DNA of 64,000 nt from a virus. This document shows positions 17,381-27,912 of the stretch, one piece after another. The position numbers and the translations under genes are program-made. Where the stretch lies: the IMG/VR virus record IMGVR_UViG_3300042691_019533, positions 1 to 64,000 of that record; one strand, 5' to 3'. The notes under the pieces are model-generated. The model was not told the DNA's origin, did no database searches, and saw only the letters and a program-made list of their open reading frames with translations. The first letter of the stretch is position 1, and every line of letters begins with the position of its first letter.

Positions 17381-18799
17381 ATGGTATCTTTAGAATTATC
17401 TCAAAATAAAAAACAAGCGCAAATATTATCTTCTGATAATAGCATTTTTCTTTTAATTCGAGAAAATTTTTCAATTCCATTTAAATCTTTTTCAAAAAAT
17501 AGAAGATTTATACCTCAAAGAAAATATGCAATAACCCCTTCGGGTAAATTTGATATAGGATTACTAAAAGAAATTAAAAATTTTTTGATTATAAATCAAA
17601 TCAAATTTAATATTAGTGAAGATTTAGAACAAAAATTTAATGTAGGATTTAAAACGCCTTATATTAAAGAATATAGCCTTATATATAGAGATCACCAAAA
17701 AAATTCTATACATCAAGCGATGATTAACGGCAGAGGCGTTGTTGTAATTCCTACTGCCGGAGGAAAAACATTAATAATGTGTTCTATAATAGAAAGTTTA
17801 AGAAAAAATATAAAGGATAACGACGCAAAAGCATTAGTTATAGTTCCATCTATACAATTAGTAGAGCAAACGGCAGAAGATTTTAAATCGTATGGTATGG
17901 ATAAAGTAACAAAATGGTCAGGAAACAATAAGCCAGACCCCGAAGCTACCACTATAATAGCGGGTTCTCAAATATTATTATCAGAAAAGACAGATTTATC
18001 ATTTTTAAGTGATGTTAAGATATTTTTAGGTGATGAATGTCACGGTAATAAAAAAGCAAACCAAATAAATAACATATTTAATTTTTTAACTACCGATTAT
18101 AGATTTGGATTTACTGGAACGATGCCATCGTGTAAGCTCGATTGTTGGAATATTATTGGAAAATTCGGACCAGTAATATATGAAGAAAAAACAGAACAAT
18201 TAAAACAAAAAAAATATATATCTAATTTTAAAATTTTTGTTTTAAATATAAAACATTTAAACGTTCCAAAAACTTATATTAATAAAAATAAACCAACTGA
18301 AGCGTACGAAAGCGAATTAACTTTTTTGATAAACAACCAAAAAAGAAATGATATAATATGCAATTTATCTAAAAAATTAATAAATAATACTATTATAATG
18401 GTGGATCGAATAGATCACGGAATTAATATTTTTGATCATTTACAAAAAACTTCCGAAAGACCATGTTATTTTATTAGAGGTTCGACCGAAATCGAAGAAA
18501 GAGAAAAAATAAGAAGCCTAATGGAAGAAAGAAATGATATTATAGTGGTCGCTATATCTAAAATTTTTAGTACTGGTATCAATATTCCAAATTTACACAA
18601 TATAATTTTCGCTACTGCTGGAAAAGCAAAAATAAAAATAATGCAATCTATAGGGAGAGCATTACGTTTACATCCAACTAAAAGTATGGCATATATTTTT
18701 GATATAGCAGATAATACTTTTTATGGTAAAAAACATTTAAGCGAAAGAGAAGAATTATATATTAAAGAAAAATACAATTATGAGAAAAAAGAAATTTAA
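17381..18799 (+). CDS. uvsW: SF2 DNA helicase UvsW
   Basis: PTAGGKT, GDECH, GFTGT, FSTGINIPNL and QSIGRALR. Confidence 0.92.
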   Translation: MVSLELSQNKKQAQILSSDNSIFLLIRENFSIPFKSFSKNRRFIPQRKYAITPSGKFDIGLLKEIKNFLIINQIKFNISEDLEQKFNVGFKTPYIKEYSLIYRDHQKNSIHQAMINGRGVVVIPTAGGKTLIMCSIIESLRKNIKDNDAKALVIVPSIQLVEQTAEDFKSYGMDKVTKWSGNNKPDPEATTIIAGSQILLSEKTDLSFLSDVKIFLGDECHGNKKANQINNIFNFLTTDYRFGFTGTMPSCKLDCWNIIGKFGPVIYEEKTEQLKQKKYISNFKIFVLNIKHLNVPKTYINKNKPTEAYESELTFLINNQKRNDIICNLSKKLINNTIIMVDRIDHGINIFDHLQKTSERPCYFIRGSTEIEEREKIRSLMEERNDIIVVAISKIFSTGINIPNLHNIIFATAGKAKIKIMQSIGRALRLHPTKSMAYIFDIADNTFYGKKHLSEREELYIKEKYNYEKKEI

Positions 18800-19382
18800 A
18801 AATGATGATGATTTTGGTTTTGAAGAATTAATTCAAGAATCACATATTGAAGAGCAAGAATTTGATGAGGATGATCCTTATTCATTATTAAATTCTTCAG
18901 TACGAGAATACGAAGAATACGAAGAATCGGAAGAAGAAGATGATATCGTCATACCAAAAAAGCAAAAAGTAGATAAAAAGAAATTTTACGTTGACCCGAA
19001 AGAATTTGACACTGAAATAATGAATTATTATGATACTGGTATTATGTCTAATAATTTAGCTGAGATGGTAAGCAAAATATCCCATAAGTTAAGTTATGCT
19101 AGTAATTTTATAAATTATAGTTATCGTGAAGAAATGGCCGGTGACGGAATCATAAGAATGATGAAAGCATTGATTTCAAAAAAATACAACAAAGAAAAAG
19201 GAACAAATCCATTTTCATATTTTACAAGAATAGCTTTTAATGCATTTAGAAATAGAATAAAAAAAGAAAAACATATACATGAAACACACGAGAAATATAA
19301 AGAAGAACTAGAACTACTATCTTCAAATTATAACAATATAGTTAAAAATAAAAATATATCAGCTAATAAAAAATATAATTGA
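18780..19382 (+). CDS. gp55: Late-transcription sigma factor (T4 gp55-like)
   Basis: YVD..EF, NFINYSYREEM..DG and NPFSYFTRIAFNAFRNRIKKEK. Confidence 0.9.
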   Translation: MRKKKFKNDDDFGFEELIQESHIEEQEFDEDDPYSLLNSSVREYEEYEESEEEDDIVIPKKQKVDKKKFYVDPKEFDTEIMNYYDTGIMSNNLAEMVSKISHKLSYASNFINYSYREEMAGDGIIRMMKALISKKYNKEKGTNPFSYFTRIAFNAFRNRIKKEKHIHETHEKYKEELELLSSNYNNIVKNKNISANKKYN

Positions 19383-19416
19383 TGTATATTATAAAAAATA
19401 TGTTATATTACCACTA

Positions 19417-20460
19417 ATGAAGTTAGACAGAAAAATAGGAATATTTTCGGATATTCACCTTGGATTATATCAAGATAATGAACTTTGGCATGATACTGCT
19501 TTAAATTTTGCAAAATGGGCTAGTCGAGTTTATTCTGAAAGAGATATCAATCAAATATTAATACCGGGTGATATATTTCATAATAGAAATGAAATAAATG
19601 TTAATACATTATCGGTTGCCAAAAAATTTTTTGATTATTTTAAAAATTTTGAGATATTTATTTCAACTGGAAATCATTGTTGTTTTTTTAAAAACAACAG
19701 CACAGTTAACTCGATATCTATTTTAGATGGGTGGAATAATATCAAAATATTTGATAATGAACCCATAATATTAACATATAAAAATAAAAAAATATCAATG
19801 ATTCCGTGGGGTACTTCAGTCGATAAAATACCAGAAACTGATATTTGTATTGGTCATTTCGAAATATCTTCATTTTATATGAATTCATATAAGGCATGCG
19901 AGCATGGAATCAACTCTGGAGACATTTTAAAGAAGTCTCCATACGTCATATCCGGTCATTTTCATAGAAAAGACCACAGAACATACTCAAACGGTCAAAT
20001 CTTGTATGTAGGTAGTCCATATCAACAAAATTTTGGAGACACTTTGGACGAAAGAGGAATATATACTTTTGATTTGGATGAAAACACTTTTGATTTCATT
20101 AAAAATGACATTTCACCACAATATTTTAAGTTTTCTGCAAAAAAAATCAAAAATAATGAACTTAATGACGATATTTTAACAGATTTAAGTAAAAATAACA
20201 TAATAAGTTTAATTATAGATGAAAAATTAACTCCAGAAGAGATTTTATCAATAAAAGACAAGATAAACAAGCTCGAACCTCAAATATTAAGAGTGGATTA
20301 TGAAGATAATGATACAGAATTAGAGTCTTCGTCAGTTGAAAATGACTATAACTTATCTAATATATTAAAATCTATTGAAGATTTTATCGAAACGTTAGAT
20401 ATAGAGCACAAAAAAGAAGTTGAAGAATATATAAAACAATTATATAATAAATTAACATGA
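19417..20460 (+). CDS. gp47: Recombination endonuclease subunit (gp47, Mre11/SbcD-like)
   Basis: SDIHLG, GDIFH, GNH, GHFE, SGHFH and YVGSPYQ metallophosphoesterase motifs. Confidence 0.92.
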   Translation: MKLDRKIGIFSDIHLGLYQDNELWHDTALNFAKWASRVYSERDINQILIPGDIFHNRNEINVNTLSVAKKFFDYFKNFEIFISTGNHCCFFKNNSTVNSISILDGWNNIKIFDNEPIILTYKNKKISMIPWGTSVDKIPETDICIGHFEISSFYMNSYKACEHGINSGDILKKSPYVISGHFHRKDHRTYSNGQILYVGSPYQQNFGDTLDERGIYTFDLDENTFDFIKNDISPQYFKFSAKKIKNNELNDDILTDLSKNNIISLIIDEKLTPEEILSIKDKINKLEPQILRVDYEDNDTELESSSVENDYNLSNILKSIEDFIETLDIEHKKEVEEYIKQLYNKLT

Positions 20461-21209
20461 ATAACGAAATAGGAATAGGAATTTTAGATTTATACGATCA
20501 AGATAGTCTGTCTAAATGTTTAGATAGTATAAATTTTCCACATAATGATATAATAATATCATCTTTAACTAAAAATAAATCATATTTGGATAATCATAGA
20601 AGTTATACATCACAAACTTCATTAGCAACATTAAGAAATCATATTATTTCTCAATTTAGACTTAAAAAAATAAAATATTTTTTTATTTTACATTCAAATC
20701 AAATAGTGATTAATAAAAATATTTGGAATGATACTATAAAAATCGCAGAAACGTTCGGAACGTGGTTTTTAAGTAAGTTTGATACTAAATCTTTATCTAT
20801 AGAAGACGATTCCGGATTGGAATTGAATATAAGTTCAAAATTAAATAGTGAATTTTTATTTTTTAACTCTGGAATCATAAAAAATAATGGATATTTTGAT
20901 GATAGATTCTTTAACGGTAAAGAACTAGACGTTATAGACTATATAATAAATTTAAGAAATAAAAAATTAACATTACCAACTGGATTTTACCCATCAATTC
21001 AAGATAAATGGTTAGAATCAACTAATTCTAAGATAGAAGCTATAGATTTTAATGATTTTCCTAATAACGATAAAATAGTTCAGATATCTTACGGTTATTT
21101 CATGCATATTCATAAGTATATTCCAAACCAAAACGAACCTAAAGCAGTATCAAATGACGAGTTACTAAAAACTGCTGAACATTTACAGAAAAATTATGCA
21201 AGAAAATAA
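20457..21209 (+). CDS. Degenerate GT2-like protein
   Basis: IGIGI start, RN..I, GYFDDRF and D-Y motifs of GT2, but FILHSN where the paralogues have LEDD. Confidence 0.5.
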   Translation: MNNEIGIGILDLYDQDSLSKCLDSINFPHNDIIISSLTKNKSYLDNHRSYTSQTSLATLRNHIISQFRLKKIKYFFILHSNQIVINKNIWNDTIKIAETFGTWFLSKFDTKSLSIEDDSGLELNISSKLNSEFLFFNSGIIKNNGYFDDRFFNGKELDVIDYIINLRNKKLTLPTGFYPSIQDKWLESTNSKIEAIDFNDFPNNDKIVQISYGYFMHIHKYIPNQNEPKAVSNDELLKTAEHLQKNYARK

Positions 21210-21987
21210 GATAGGCGTAGGCGTTATAACATATAATAGACCAGATTTCTTTGAAAAATGTTTTAATTCTATTCCAAAAGATAAAATAAAAGAACTTGTC
21301 GTAGTTAATGATGGGAAAAAAATCGATTTTAATTTTCAAAATTCACATTTAATACAACATGAAACAAATAAAAATGTAGGAGAGAGCAAAAATGACGCAA
21401 TGCGTTATCTTTTAGATAAAAATTGTGATTATATTTTTACTTTAGAGGATGATATTATCATAAAAGATCCTTTAATATTTCAAAATTATATTAATGCATA
21501 TAAAGAAACAGGAATTCAACATTTTAATTTTGGATTTTCTCAAAGAGAAAACTTAGACGAAAATTTAAAACCAATTTGGAGAAAAATAATCAATTATAAA
21601 AATACTAAATTAGTATTAAATAATAATATTTTAGGAGCGTTTACGTTCTATACTAGAAAAGCATTACAAACGATAGGGTTGCATCATAAAGATTTTAATA
21701 AAGGTCATGGAGATCATTTAGAATTAACATACCGAGCTTATAAACATGGATTTACAACCCCGTTTTGGTGGTTTGCTGATCTATACGAAAGTTGGAATAT
21801 GATTGAAAATCAAAGTGATTTTGTTACAGACTCTAAAGTTAGAGATCCAAAAACATTTAATAATAATTTTAATGACGCGAGAGCGATATTTAAAAGATTA
21901 CATGGTATAGATATATTTGAAATACCAAATTTATCAGAAGCTGAAATTATTAAAAATTTAAAAGAACTTAAAAATGGAATACATTAA
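21196..21987 (+). CDS. Glycosyltransferase family 2
   Basis: GVITYNRP, VVVNDG, SKNDA and TLEDD. Confidence 0.85.
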   Translation: MQENKIGVGVITYNRPDFFEKCFNSIPKDKIKELVVVNDGKKIDFNFQNSHLIQHETNKNVGESKNDAMRYLLDKNCDYIFTLEDDIIIKDPLIFQNYINAYKETGIQHFNFGFSQRENLDENLKPIWRKIINYKNTKLVLNNNILGAFTFYTRKALQTIGLHHKDFNKGHGDHLELTYRAYKHGFTTPFWWFADLYESWNMIENQSDFVTDSKVRDPKTFNNNFNDARAIFKRLHGIDIFEIPNLSEAEIIKNLKELKNGIH

Positions 21988-22783
21988 AGATAAAATAGGA
22001 GTTGGTATAACTACATATAATAGTGAAAACTATTTTAAAGAATTATATAACAGTATAGATAATTCAGTCGTAAACGAATTGGTAGTTGTTAATGGAGGTC
22101 AAGATTATCAAGATATTTATGATTGTGATTGGATTCAACATAGAAAAAACCATTATCCAGCACAATCTAGAAATGATTGCGTTTCTTATTTGATGAATAG
22201 AAAATGTGAACATATCTTTTTAATTGAGGATGATATGATAATTAAAAACTCTGATATATTTAATCAATATATTTTAGCATCTAAAGTGTCAGGGATAAAA
22301 TATTTTTCATATGTCAGTATGGGGGGAGAATGTGGTTCCCCCGAAAATAGAACACCTAGAACTATGGTAGATTATGGTAATAATATAAAAGTTAATTTAT
22401 ATTTGAATATGTGCAATGAGTTTACGTATCATCATTATACTACATTTAAAGAAGTTGGTTTATACGATCCAGTAAATGAGATGAGAAATGCTTTTGATGT
22501 TGATATGGCATATAGAGAAACTAAAATAAACAAATGGACTACTCCATTTTGGTGGTTTGCTGATATATATAACTCTGATCAATATATAAAAAACAACCCA
22601 AATGCTACTAGTAGATTACAGGCAGAAAGACCTGATGGATCAAGACAAGAATTAGTAATTCAAACTTTAAATTATTTCAAACAAAAACATAATTTGTCTG
22701 TAAACCAAATTCCAGATGTGGATAGAGACACGGTAATGAGCACCTTAAAAAGATTAAAAAATGAAAATAGCAATAGGAATTAA
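21974..22783 (+). CDS. Glycosyltransferase family 2 (paralogue of the preceding gene)
   Basis: GITTYN, ELVVVNGG, SRND, LIEDD and VGLYD. Shares TTPFWWFAD with 21196..21987. Confidence 0.85.
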   Translation: MEYIKDKIGVGITTYNSENYFKELYNSIDNSVVNELVVVNGGQDYQDIYDCDWIQHRKNHYPAQSRNDCVSYLMNRKCEHIFLIEDDMIIKNSDIFNQYILASKVSGIKYFSYVSMGGECGSPENRTPRTMVDYGNNIKVNLYLNMCNEFTYHHYTTFKEVGLYDPVNEMRNAFDVDMAYRETKINKWTTPFWWFADIYNSDQYIKNNPNATSRLQAERPDGSRQELVIQTLNYFKQKHNLSVNQIPDVDRDTVMSTLKRLKNENSNRN

Positions 22784-23531
22784 TATATTTAAATCTTATA
22801 AAAGACAAGATTTATGTATTAAGGTTTTAAAAAAACTTAAATCTAAATATAAAGAGATAGATTTATATAATATTACATTTCCAAACGAAAAAAACTTAGA
22901 TTGTGATTTTATACATTTACCGATATTAAAAACCAAAGCAAAAGATGTAGTATCAAATTCGAAATCTGAAAAGCCAATATCTAAAGAATTTTTTGATATA
23001 TTATCAAATCAAAACTGTGATTATTTTATATTTTTAAATAGTGATATACTATTATCTCCAAAATTTATAGATTTAATATTAAATCAAGAATATGAAACCT
23101 ATTGTGTATCTAGGCATGATACTTTACCGATAGAATCAATCGATAAAATAATTCCATTTAGAATTGAAATAGCAGGATTTGATGTTTGGGCGGTTAAAAA
23201 TAAATGGTGGAAAGAAAATAATACTTTATTCAAATCCTACATATACGCAGAGCATCTTTGGGATGTTGATTTTTCTTTAAATATGTTTAATCATAGTTTA
23301 TGTTTATTATGTAATAAAAATTTTTATGCCGCACACGAAAAACACGAATTAAATTGGAACGAAACCTCATTAGAAGCTAAATATAATTCTTTCTTATGGC
23401 AAGAAACACCATATCACAAAAAATGGCATGAATTTATATTCTCTAATTTAGTTAAGAGAAAACCATATGGTCAATTTTTAGAACCATTACCAAACGAAAA
23501 AGAATTGGAACAAAAATATTTAAAAATATGA
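22761..23531 (+). CDS. Putative GT-A glycosyltransferase
   Basis: FIFLNSDI, SR, GFD and WD motifs, plus island context. Confidence 0.55.
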   Translation: MKIAIGINIFKSYKRQDLCIKVLKKLKSKYKEIDLYNITFPNEKNLDCDFIHLPILKTKAKDVVSNSKSEKPISKEFFDILSNQNCDYFIFLNSDILLSPKFIDLILNQEYETYCVSRHDTLPIESIDKIIPFRIEIAGFDVWAVKNKWWKENNTLFKSYIYAEHLWDVDFSLNMFNHSLCLLCNKNFYAAHEKHELNWNETSLEAKYNSFLWQETPYHKKWHEFIFSNLVKRKPYGQFLEPLPNEKELEQKYLKI

Positions 23532-24214
23532 AATTATATACTGTCTTTACAGAATCTCATTATGAAATGTTTAAAGAATATTTCATAAAATCTTTTCCAT
23601 TCGAAACTGATTTAGAACTAGTAGTAAAATTCAAACCTCAAGTGTGTAAATCTTCAGAATTTCACAGTGAAGGGTGGAGAGATACTATGATGTATAAAGT
23701 TCAATGTTTCATAGATGCAGCATATGAAACAAAAGACGGAGATTGTTTTATTTTTTCAGATCCAGATATTCAATTTTTTAAACCATTTTATAAAGATTTA
23801 TTAAATCAAATAAATGGATTCGATGCTGCTTTTCAAAATGATTATATAGGAGGAGTAAATACTGGTTTTTTTATAATGAGATCTACGTCTAAAACTCGTG
23901 CTTTTTTACAAACAGTAAAAGGAAATTTGCATTTATTTCCAGAAGAACAAGTATGTTTTAATAATTTAATATCAAATTTTCACAGATACCAAAAAATAGC
24001 ATTTAATGCTAAATTATTAACTCCAAATTATTGGACTTATGGTGAAATAGCATTACAAAGACCTAGAGATGGACAACCAATGTCACATTGGAATGGTGTG
24101 GAAGATTTCGATATACCAAAAGATATAGTTATGCATCATGCTAATTGGGTTAAATGTTTTAAAGATAAAATTAAAATAATGGAAGTGGTTAAACAAAAAG
24201 TTAAACATTTATGA
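23528..24214 (+). CDS. Nucleotide-diphospho-sugar transferase (GT77-like)
   Basis: FSDPDIQFF, FQND, VNTGFFIMR, EQ..FN and HHANW...K. Confidence 0.75.
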   Translation: MKLYTVFTESHYEMFKEYFIKSFPFETDLELVVKFKPQVCKSSEFHSEGWRDTMMYKVQCFIDAAYETKDGDCFIFSDPDIQFFKPFYKDLLNQINGFDAAFQNDYIGGVNTGFFIMRSTSKTRAFLQTVKGNLHLFPEEQVCFNNLISNFHRYQKIAFNAKLLTPNYWTYGEIALQRPRDGQPMSHWNGVEDFDIPKDIVMHHANWVKCFKDKIKIMEVVKQKVKHL

Positions 24215-24912
24215 ATGTAAGTTTAGGGTTTTTAAATTATAATAGTTTTTTATATATAGAAAAACAGTTACAAAAAGATTATTTCAATCTATCAAATGGA
24301 GTTATAAACGAAATAATCATACAAGATGATTGTAGCGAAGATGATTTTGAAAAATTAAAAAAAATAGAAACTCAAAATATTAAAGTTTTTAAAAATGAAA
24401 AAAGAATTAAACCATTATTAGGAAGAATAAATTTAGTTAATAATTGCAATAACGATTGGGTTTTATTGATGGATTCTGATAATTTTTTAGATAAAAAATC
24501 TTTTGATTCATTATTTAATAATGATATTATTTTTAATTCTAATACGATTTATGCTCCAGATTTTGCTAGGCCAAAATTTAATTATAAAGCTATTTCTAAT
24601 TTTAATTTAGATTTAAATATAGTTAAAAATAATTTTAATTATTTAATTTGTTTTTTAAATATTGGAAATTATTTAATACCAAAAAAAGAGTATTTAAATA
24701 TAGCTAAAAAAATAGACAAAAAGTTTTCTGAATATACAATGGAAGTATTGTATTACAATTATTTATGGTTAAGTAGTGGAAATTTAATTAAATGTGTTAA
24801 AGATTATGAATACGATCATACCATGAGAGATGATTGCTTTTCATACGCAAACGATAAAAATTTTAATGAAATTTTACCATTAATAACAAAATTATATTTA
24901 AATAATATATGA
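24211..24912 (+). CDS. Glycosyltransferase family 2
   Basis: EIIIQDDCSED, R...V and WVLLMDSDN. Confidence 0.8.
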   Translation: MNVSLGFLNYNSFLYIEKQLQKDYFNLSNGVINEIIIQDDCSEDDFEKLKKIETQNIKVFKNEKRIKPLLGRINLVNNCNNDWVLLMDSDNFLDKKSFDSLFNNDIIFNSNTIYAPDFARPKFNYKAISNFNLDLNIVKNNFNYLICFLNIGNYLIPKKEYLNIAKKIDKKFSEYTMEVLYYNYLWLSSGNLIKCVKDYEYDHTMRDDCFSYANDKNFNEILPLITKLYLNNI

Positions 24913-25640
24913 ATTCTCCAAAATTAAAAGATTTAACAGAAGAACAAATTAAAAATTTTACTTTAGACTCTAAAATACCAATAAGAGAATGGTATTTTAA
25001 TGAGTCTGAAGTTCGAGTTTCACATTTATACGAACAAAATGTTATAATGCATCTTAAACAGATGGCCAAATATAGACAAACTAATTATTACGGACAAACT
25101 GATAATTGGTTATATCAAGCATTGACAGACTTCTCTATACGCGGTAAAGATGTCCTAATAATAGGATCATTAATGCCTTGGTACGAATCTATAGCTTTAG
25201 AATTTGGATGTAACACATGTACAGTGGTAGAATATAGAATACAAGATAAAATAGTTCCGAATGTAAAATATATACAACCACATGAATTATTAGATTTAAA
25301 ATTTGATGTTGTTTTTTCAATATCTTCATATGAACATGATGGTTTAGGTAGGTATGGAGATCCTATAAATCCAAATGCTGATATCGAAGCAATGAGAAAC
25401 ATTAAAAATAATTTAAAACCTAATGGAATTTTATATTTAGCCGTCCCAGTTGGAGTAGATGAGATAGTGTGGAATGCCCATAGGGTATATGGTAAAATTA
25501 GATTACCAATGTTAATACATTCTTGGGATTTAATTGGAAAATATGGAATAACTAAAGACATTTGGAACACCCCATACACTAATGACTGTCCGGCTCAACC
25601 AATTTTAGTATTAAAAAATAATGAAACTAAAACAATTTAA
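24909..25640 (+). CDS. DUF268-family SAM-dependent methyltransferase-like protein
   Basis: LIIGS..PWYE, FSISSYEHDGLGRYGDPINP..D, LKPNG.L.LAVPVG.D and NAHRVYG..RL. Confidence 0.8.
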   Translation: MNSPKLKDLTEEQIKNFTLDSKIPIREWYFNESEVRVSHLYEQNVIMHLKQMAKYRQTNYYGQTDNWLYQALTDFSIRGKDVLIIGSLMPWYESIALEFGCNTCTVVEYRIQDKIVPNVKYIQPHELLDLKFDVVFSISSYEHDGLGRYGDPINPNADIEAMRNIKNNLKPNGILYLAVPVGVDEIVWNAHRVYGKIRLPMLIHSWDLIGKYGITKDIWNTPYTNDCPAQPILVLKNNETKTI

Positions 25641-26511
25641 TGAATTTATATTAGAAATTGAACAATCTCCATATCCACCATATCATAAAGGATATTATTT
25701 AGAGAGATATTTTATAGACTTTTATATAAAAAATAGAAAAATTATAGACGATACGGGATATCAATTTTTACCTATAACTTGGACTGATATTTATATACAT
25801 AAACCACATTTAAGAGGTAAATTACAAGAAATAATAAATTCTTTAGATAAAGAAAAAAAATATTTTACAGTATCACAACATGACGATGCACCTTTAGAAA
25901 TTTTACCACCACATACAGTTAAATTTTCCGCAGGAGGAAACGCATCAAACTGTGTACCCATACCTTTAATATGTAGTCCAATTGAAAATATTGAAAAGAA
26001 AGAAAAAGATATATTTTGCAGTTTTGTAGGAAGTGTAAACGCTCCAGTTAATGTTTTTGGAGAAATGGGACATAATACCAGAATGAAGATGTTAAACAAT
26101 CTTAAAGATAAGCCTGAATATATATTAAAACCAAGAGTATGGCAAACTAGTATAGAAGAAAGTCGAAAAAATTTATTTCTTGATCTTACATCAAGAAGTA
26201 AATTTACTCTATGTCCCAGAGGATATGGAGCAACAAGTTTTAGATTATACGAGGCTATGCAATTAAATTCTATTCCGGTTTATATTTATTATGACAAACC
26301 ATATCTACCATATAAAGACAAAATAGATTGGAATAGTTTTTGTGTATTAATTAATTTTAATGATATTGATAAATTGGATGAAAAATTAAAATCAATAACT
26401 GAGGAAACTTATGATAAGATGTTAAATAAAATAAGTGAAATATATCAAAAATACTTTACTTTTGAAGGTATGTGCAATAGAATAATCGAAACATTACAAG
26501 AATCAATATGA
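25621..26511 (+). CDS. Exostosin-family (GT47-like) glycosyltransferase
   Basis: FCSFVG, SKFTLCPRGYGATSFRLYEAMQLNSIPV and LPY...IDW. Confidence 0.85.
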   Translation: MKLKQFNEFILEIEQSPYPPYHKGYYLERYFIDFYIKNRKIIDDTGYQFLPITWTDIYIHKPHLRGKLQEIINSLDKEKKYFTVSQHDDAPLEILPPHTVKFSAGGNASNCVPIPLICSPIENIEKKEKDIFCSFVGSVNAPVNVFGEMGHNTRMKMLNNLKDKPEYILKPRVWQTSIEESRKNLFLDLTSRSKFTLCPRGYGATSFRLYEAMQLNSIPVYIYYDKPYLPYKDKIDWNSFCVLINFNDIDKLDEKLKSITEETYDKMLNKISEIYQKYFTFEGMCNRIIETLQESI

Positions 26512-27122
26512 AAAAAATATTTTTAGATTGCGGAACTAATCTATGCCAAGGACTACAAGAAATATCAAAAAAACACAACATTACAGATGAATGGGAGGTT
26601 TATTCTTTCGAAGCTAATCCGTTAACATATAGTATAATAAATAAAAATAAATTTTCAAATGTTAAATTTATCAATAAAGCAGTATGGAATGAAAATTGCA
26701 CAAAAAATCTTACGGTAGAAATATGGCCTGGTGAAGTTAAAAAAAGCGATATTTATAATATCAAAGATGATATAGTAACTGATTTACCAATTGGTGGAGG
26801 ATGCAATATCATGGATGAAAATTTTATATTTATTCACTCAAAAGAAGAAAATATTACTAAAAAAGCTCATATAGTAGAATGTTTTGATTTCAGTAATTTT
26901 ATTTTAAATAATTTTAAAAAAGAAGATTTTATAATAATAAAATTGGATATTGAAGGTGCGGAATATCCCGTTTTAGAGAAAATGATAAAAGATGACACAT
27001 TAAAATATGTCGATATATTATATGTCGAATGGCATAACCATATGTTGATAAATAAATATGATGAAATTTCAATAATTAACGCTATAAAAAAAGAAAATAT
27101 AAATTTAAATATCTGGTTTTAA
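26508..27122 (+). CDS. FkbM-family methyltransferase
   Basis: FLDCG.N, SFEANP, NKAVW, KLDIEGAEY and VEWH. Confidence 0.85.
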   Translation: MKKIFLDCGTNLCQGLQEISKKHNITDEWEVYSFEANPLTYSIINKNKFSNVKFINKAVWNENCTKNLTVEIWPGEVKKSDIYNIKDDIVTDLPIGGGCNIMDENFIFIHSKEENITKKAHIVECFDFSNFILNNFKKEDFIIIKLDIEGAEYPVLEKMIKDDTLKYVDILYVEWHNHMLINKYDEISIINAIKKENINLNIWF

Positions 27123-27134
27123 TATAAAAAATAT

Positions 27135-27908
27135 ATGAAAAAAATATTATTCGTTATAGCAAAATATAAAGACGAAAAAGAAAAAATATTTAAAGAGATT
27201 ATCTCTCCGAAAAATAAAAATTATTGTGATAAACATGGATTTAAATATGTGGTTATAGATTCTAAAACAGAAATTCCAATATTTAGAAATAACACAACTT
27301 GGAATAAATTAACAGTAATACGAGATCTTATAGATTCTGGAAAATTACAGAACGGGGACGTAATAATCAATCAAGATGCGGATATGATTTGGTATAATGA
27401 TAATTTTTCGTATGAGCCTGCTGATAATAAAAGTTTTTCAATATCGATTGATAGCGGAAATACTTTTTGTTTCGGATCTATAGGATTTAAAATAAATGAT
27501 TGGTCTAAACGACTAATTACAGATATTTTAGATGAAAATTTGTGGAATAGTACGTTACCATTATTATATAATGATGAAAGTTTTCCAGAAAAACCTCCAT
27601 TTTCATTTGCAAATTTATTTAGAGAACAAGCGATGTTTTATTATTTATTTGGTATAAAAAAACATTCTTGGAAGCCATTTAAAGATATTGAGAATTTTGG
27701 TATACATTCAGATGTAACAGAATTTACAAAATATTCATTAGAAGAAGCGCATGAAAATCTAGATATTAAACCAACAAATTTTAATGTTACTTGTTGGGAA
27801 AACGAATCAGACTTGACGTATTACATAAATTTATTAAATAATAAATCAGATGTATATCTCAGACATTTTACTGGATGTGATTGGAATGTAGTTAAAAATT
27901 GGATTTAA
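27135..27908 (+). CDS. GT34 (GMA12/MNN10)-like glycosyltransferase
   Basis: KNYCDKHGFKY, WNKL, DAD, REQ and C-terminal RHFTG. Confidence 0.65.
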   Translation: MKKILFVIAKYKDEKEKIFKEIISPKNKNYCDKHGFKYVVIDSKTEIPIFRNNTTWNKLTVIRDLIDSGKLQNGDVIINQDADMIWYNDNFSYEPADNKSFSISIDSGNTFCFGSIGFKINDWSKRLITDILDENLWNSTLPLLYNDESFPEKPPFSFANLFREQAMFYYLFGIKKHSWKPFKDIENFGIHSDVTEFTKYSLEEAHENLDIKPTNFNVTCWENESDLTYYINLLNNKSDVYLRHFTGCDWNVVKNWI

Positions 27909-27912
27909 TCTT

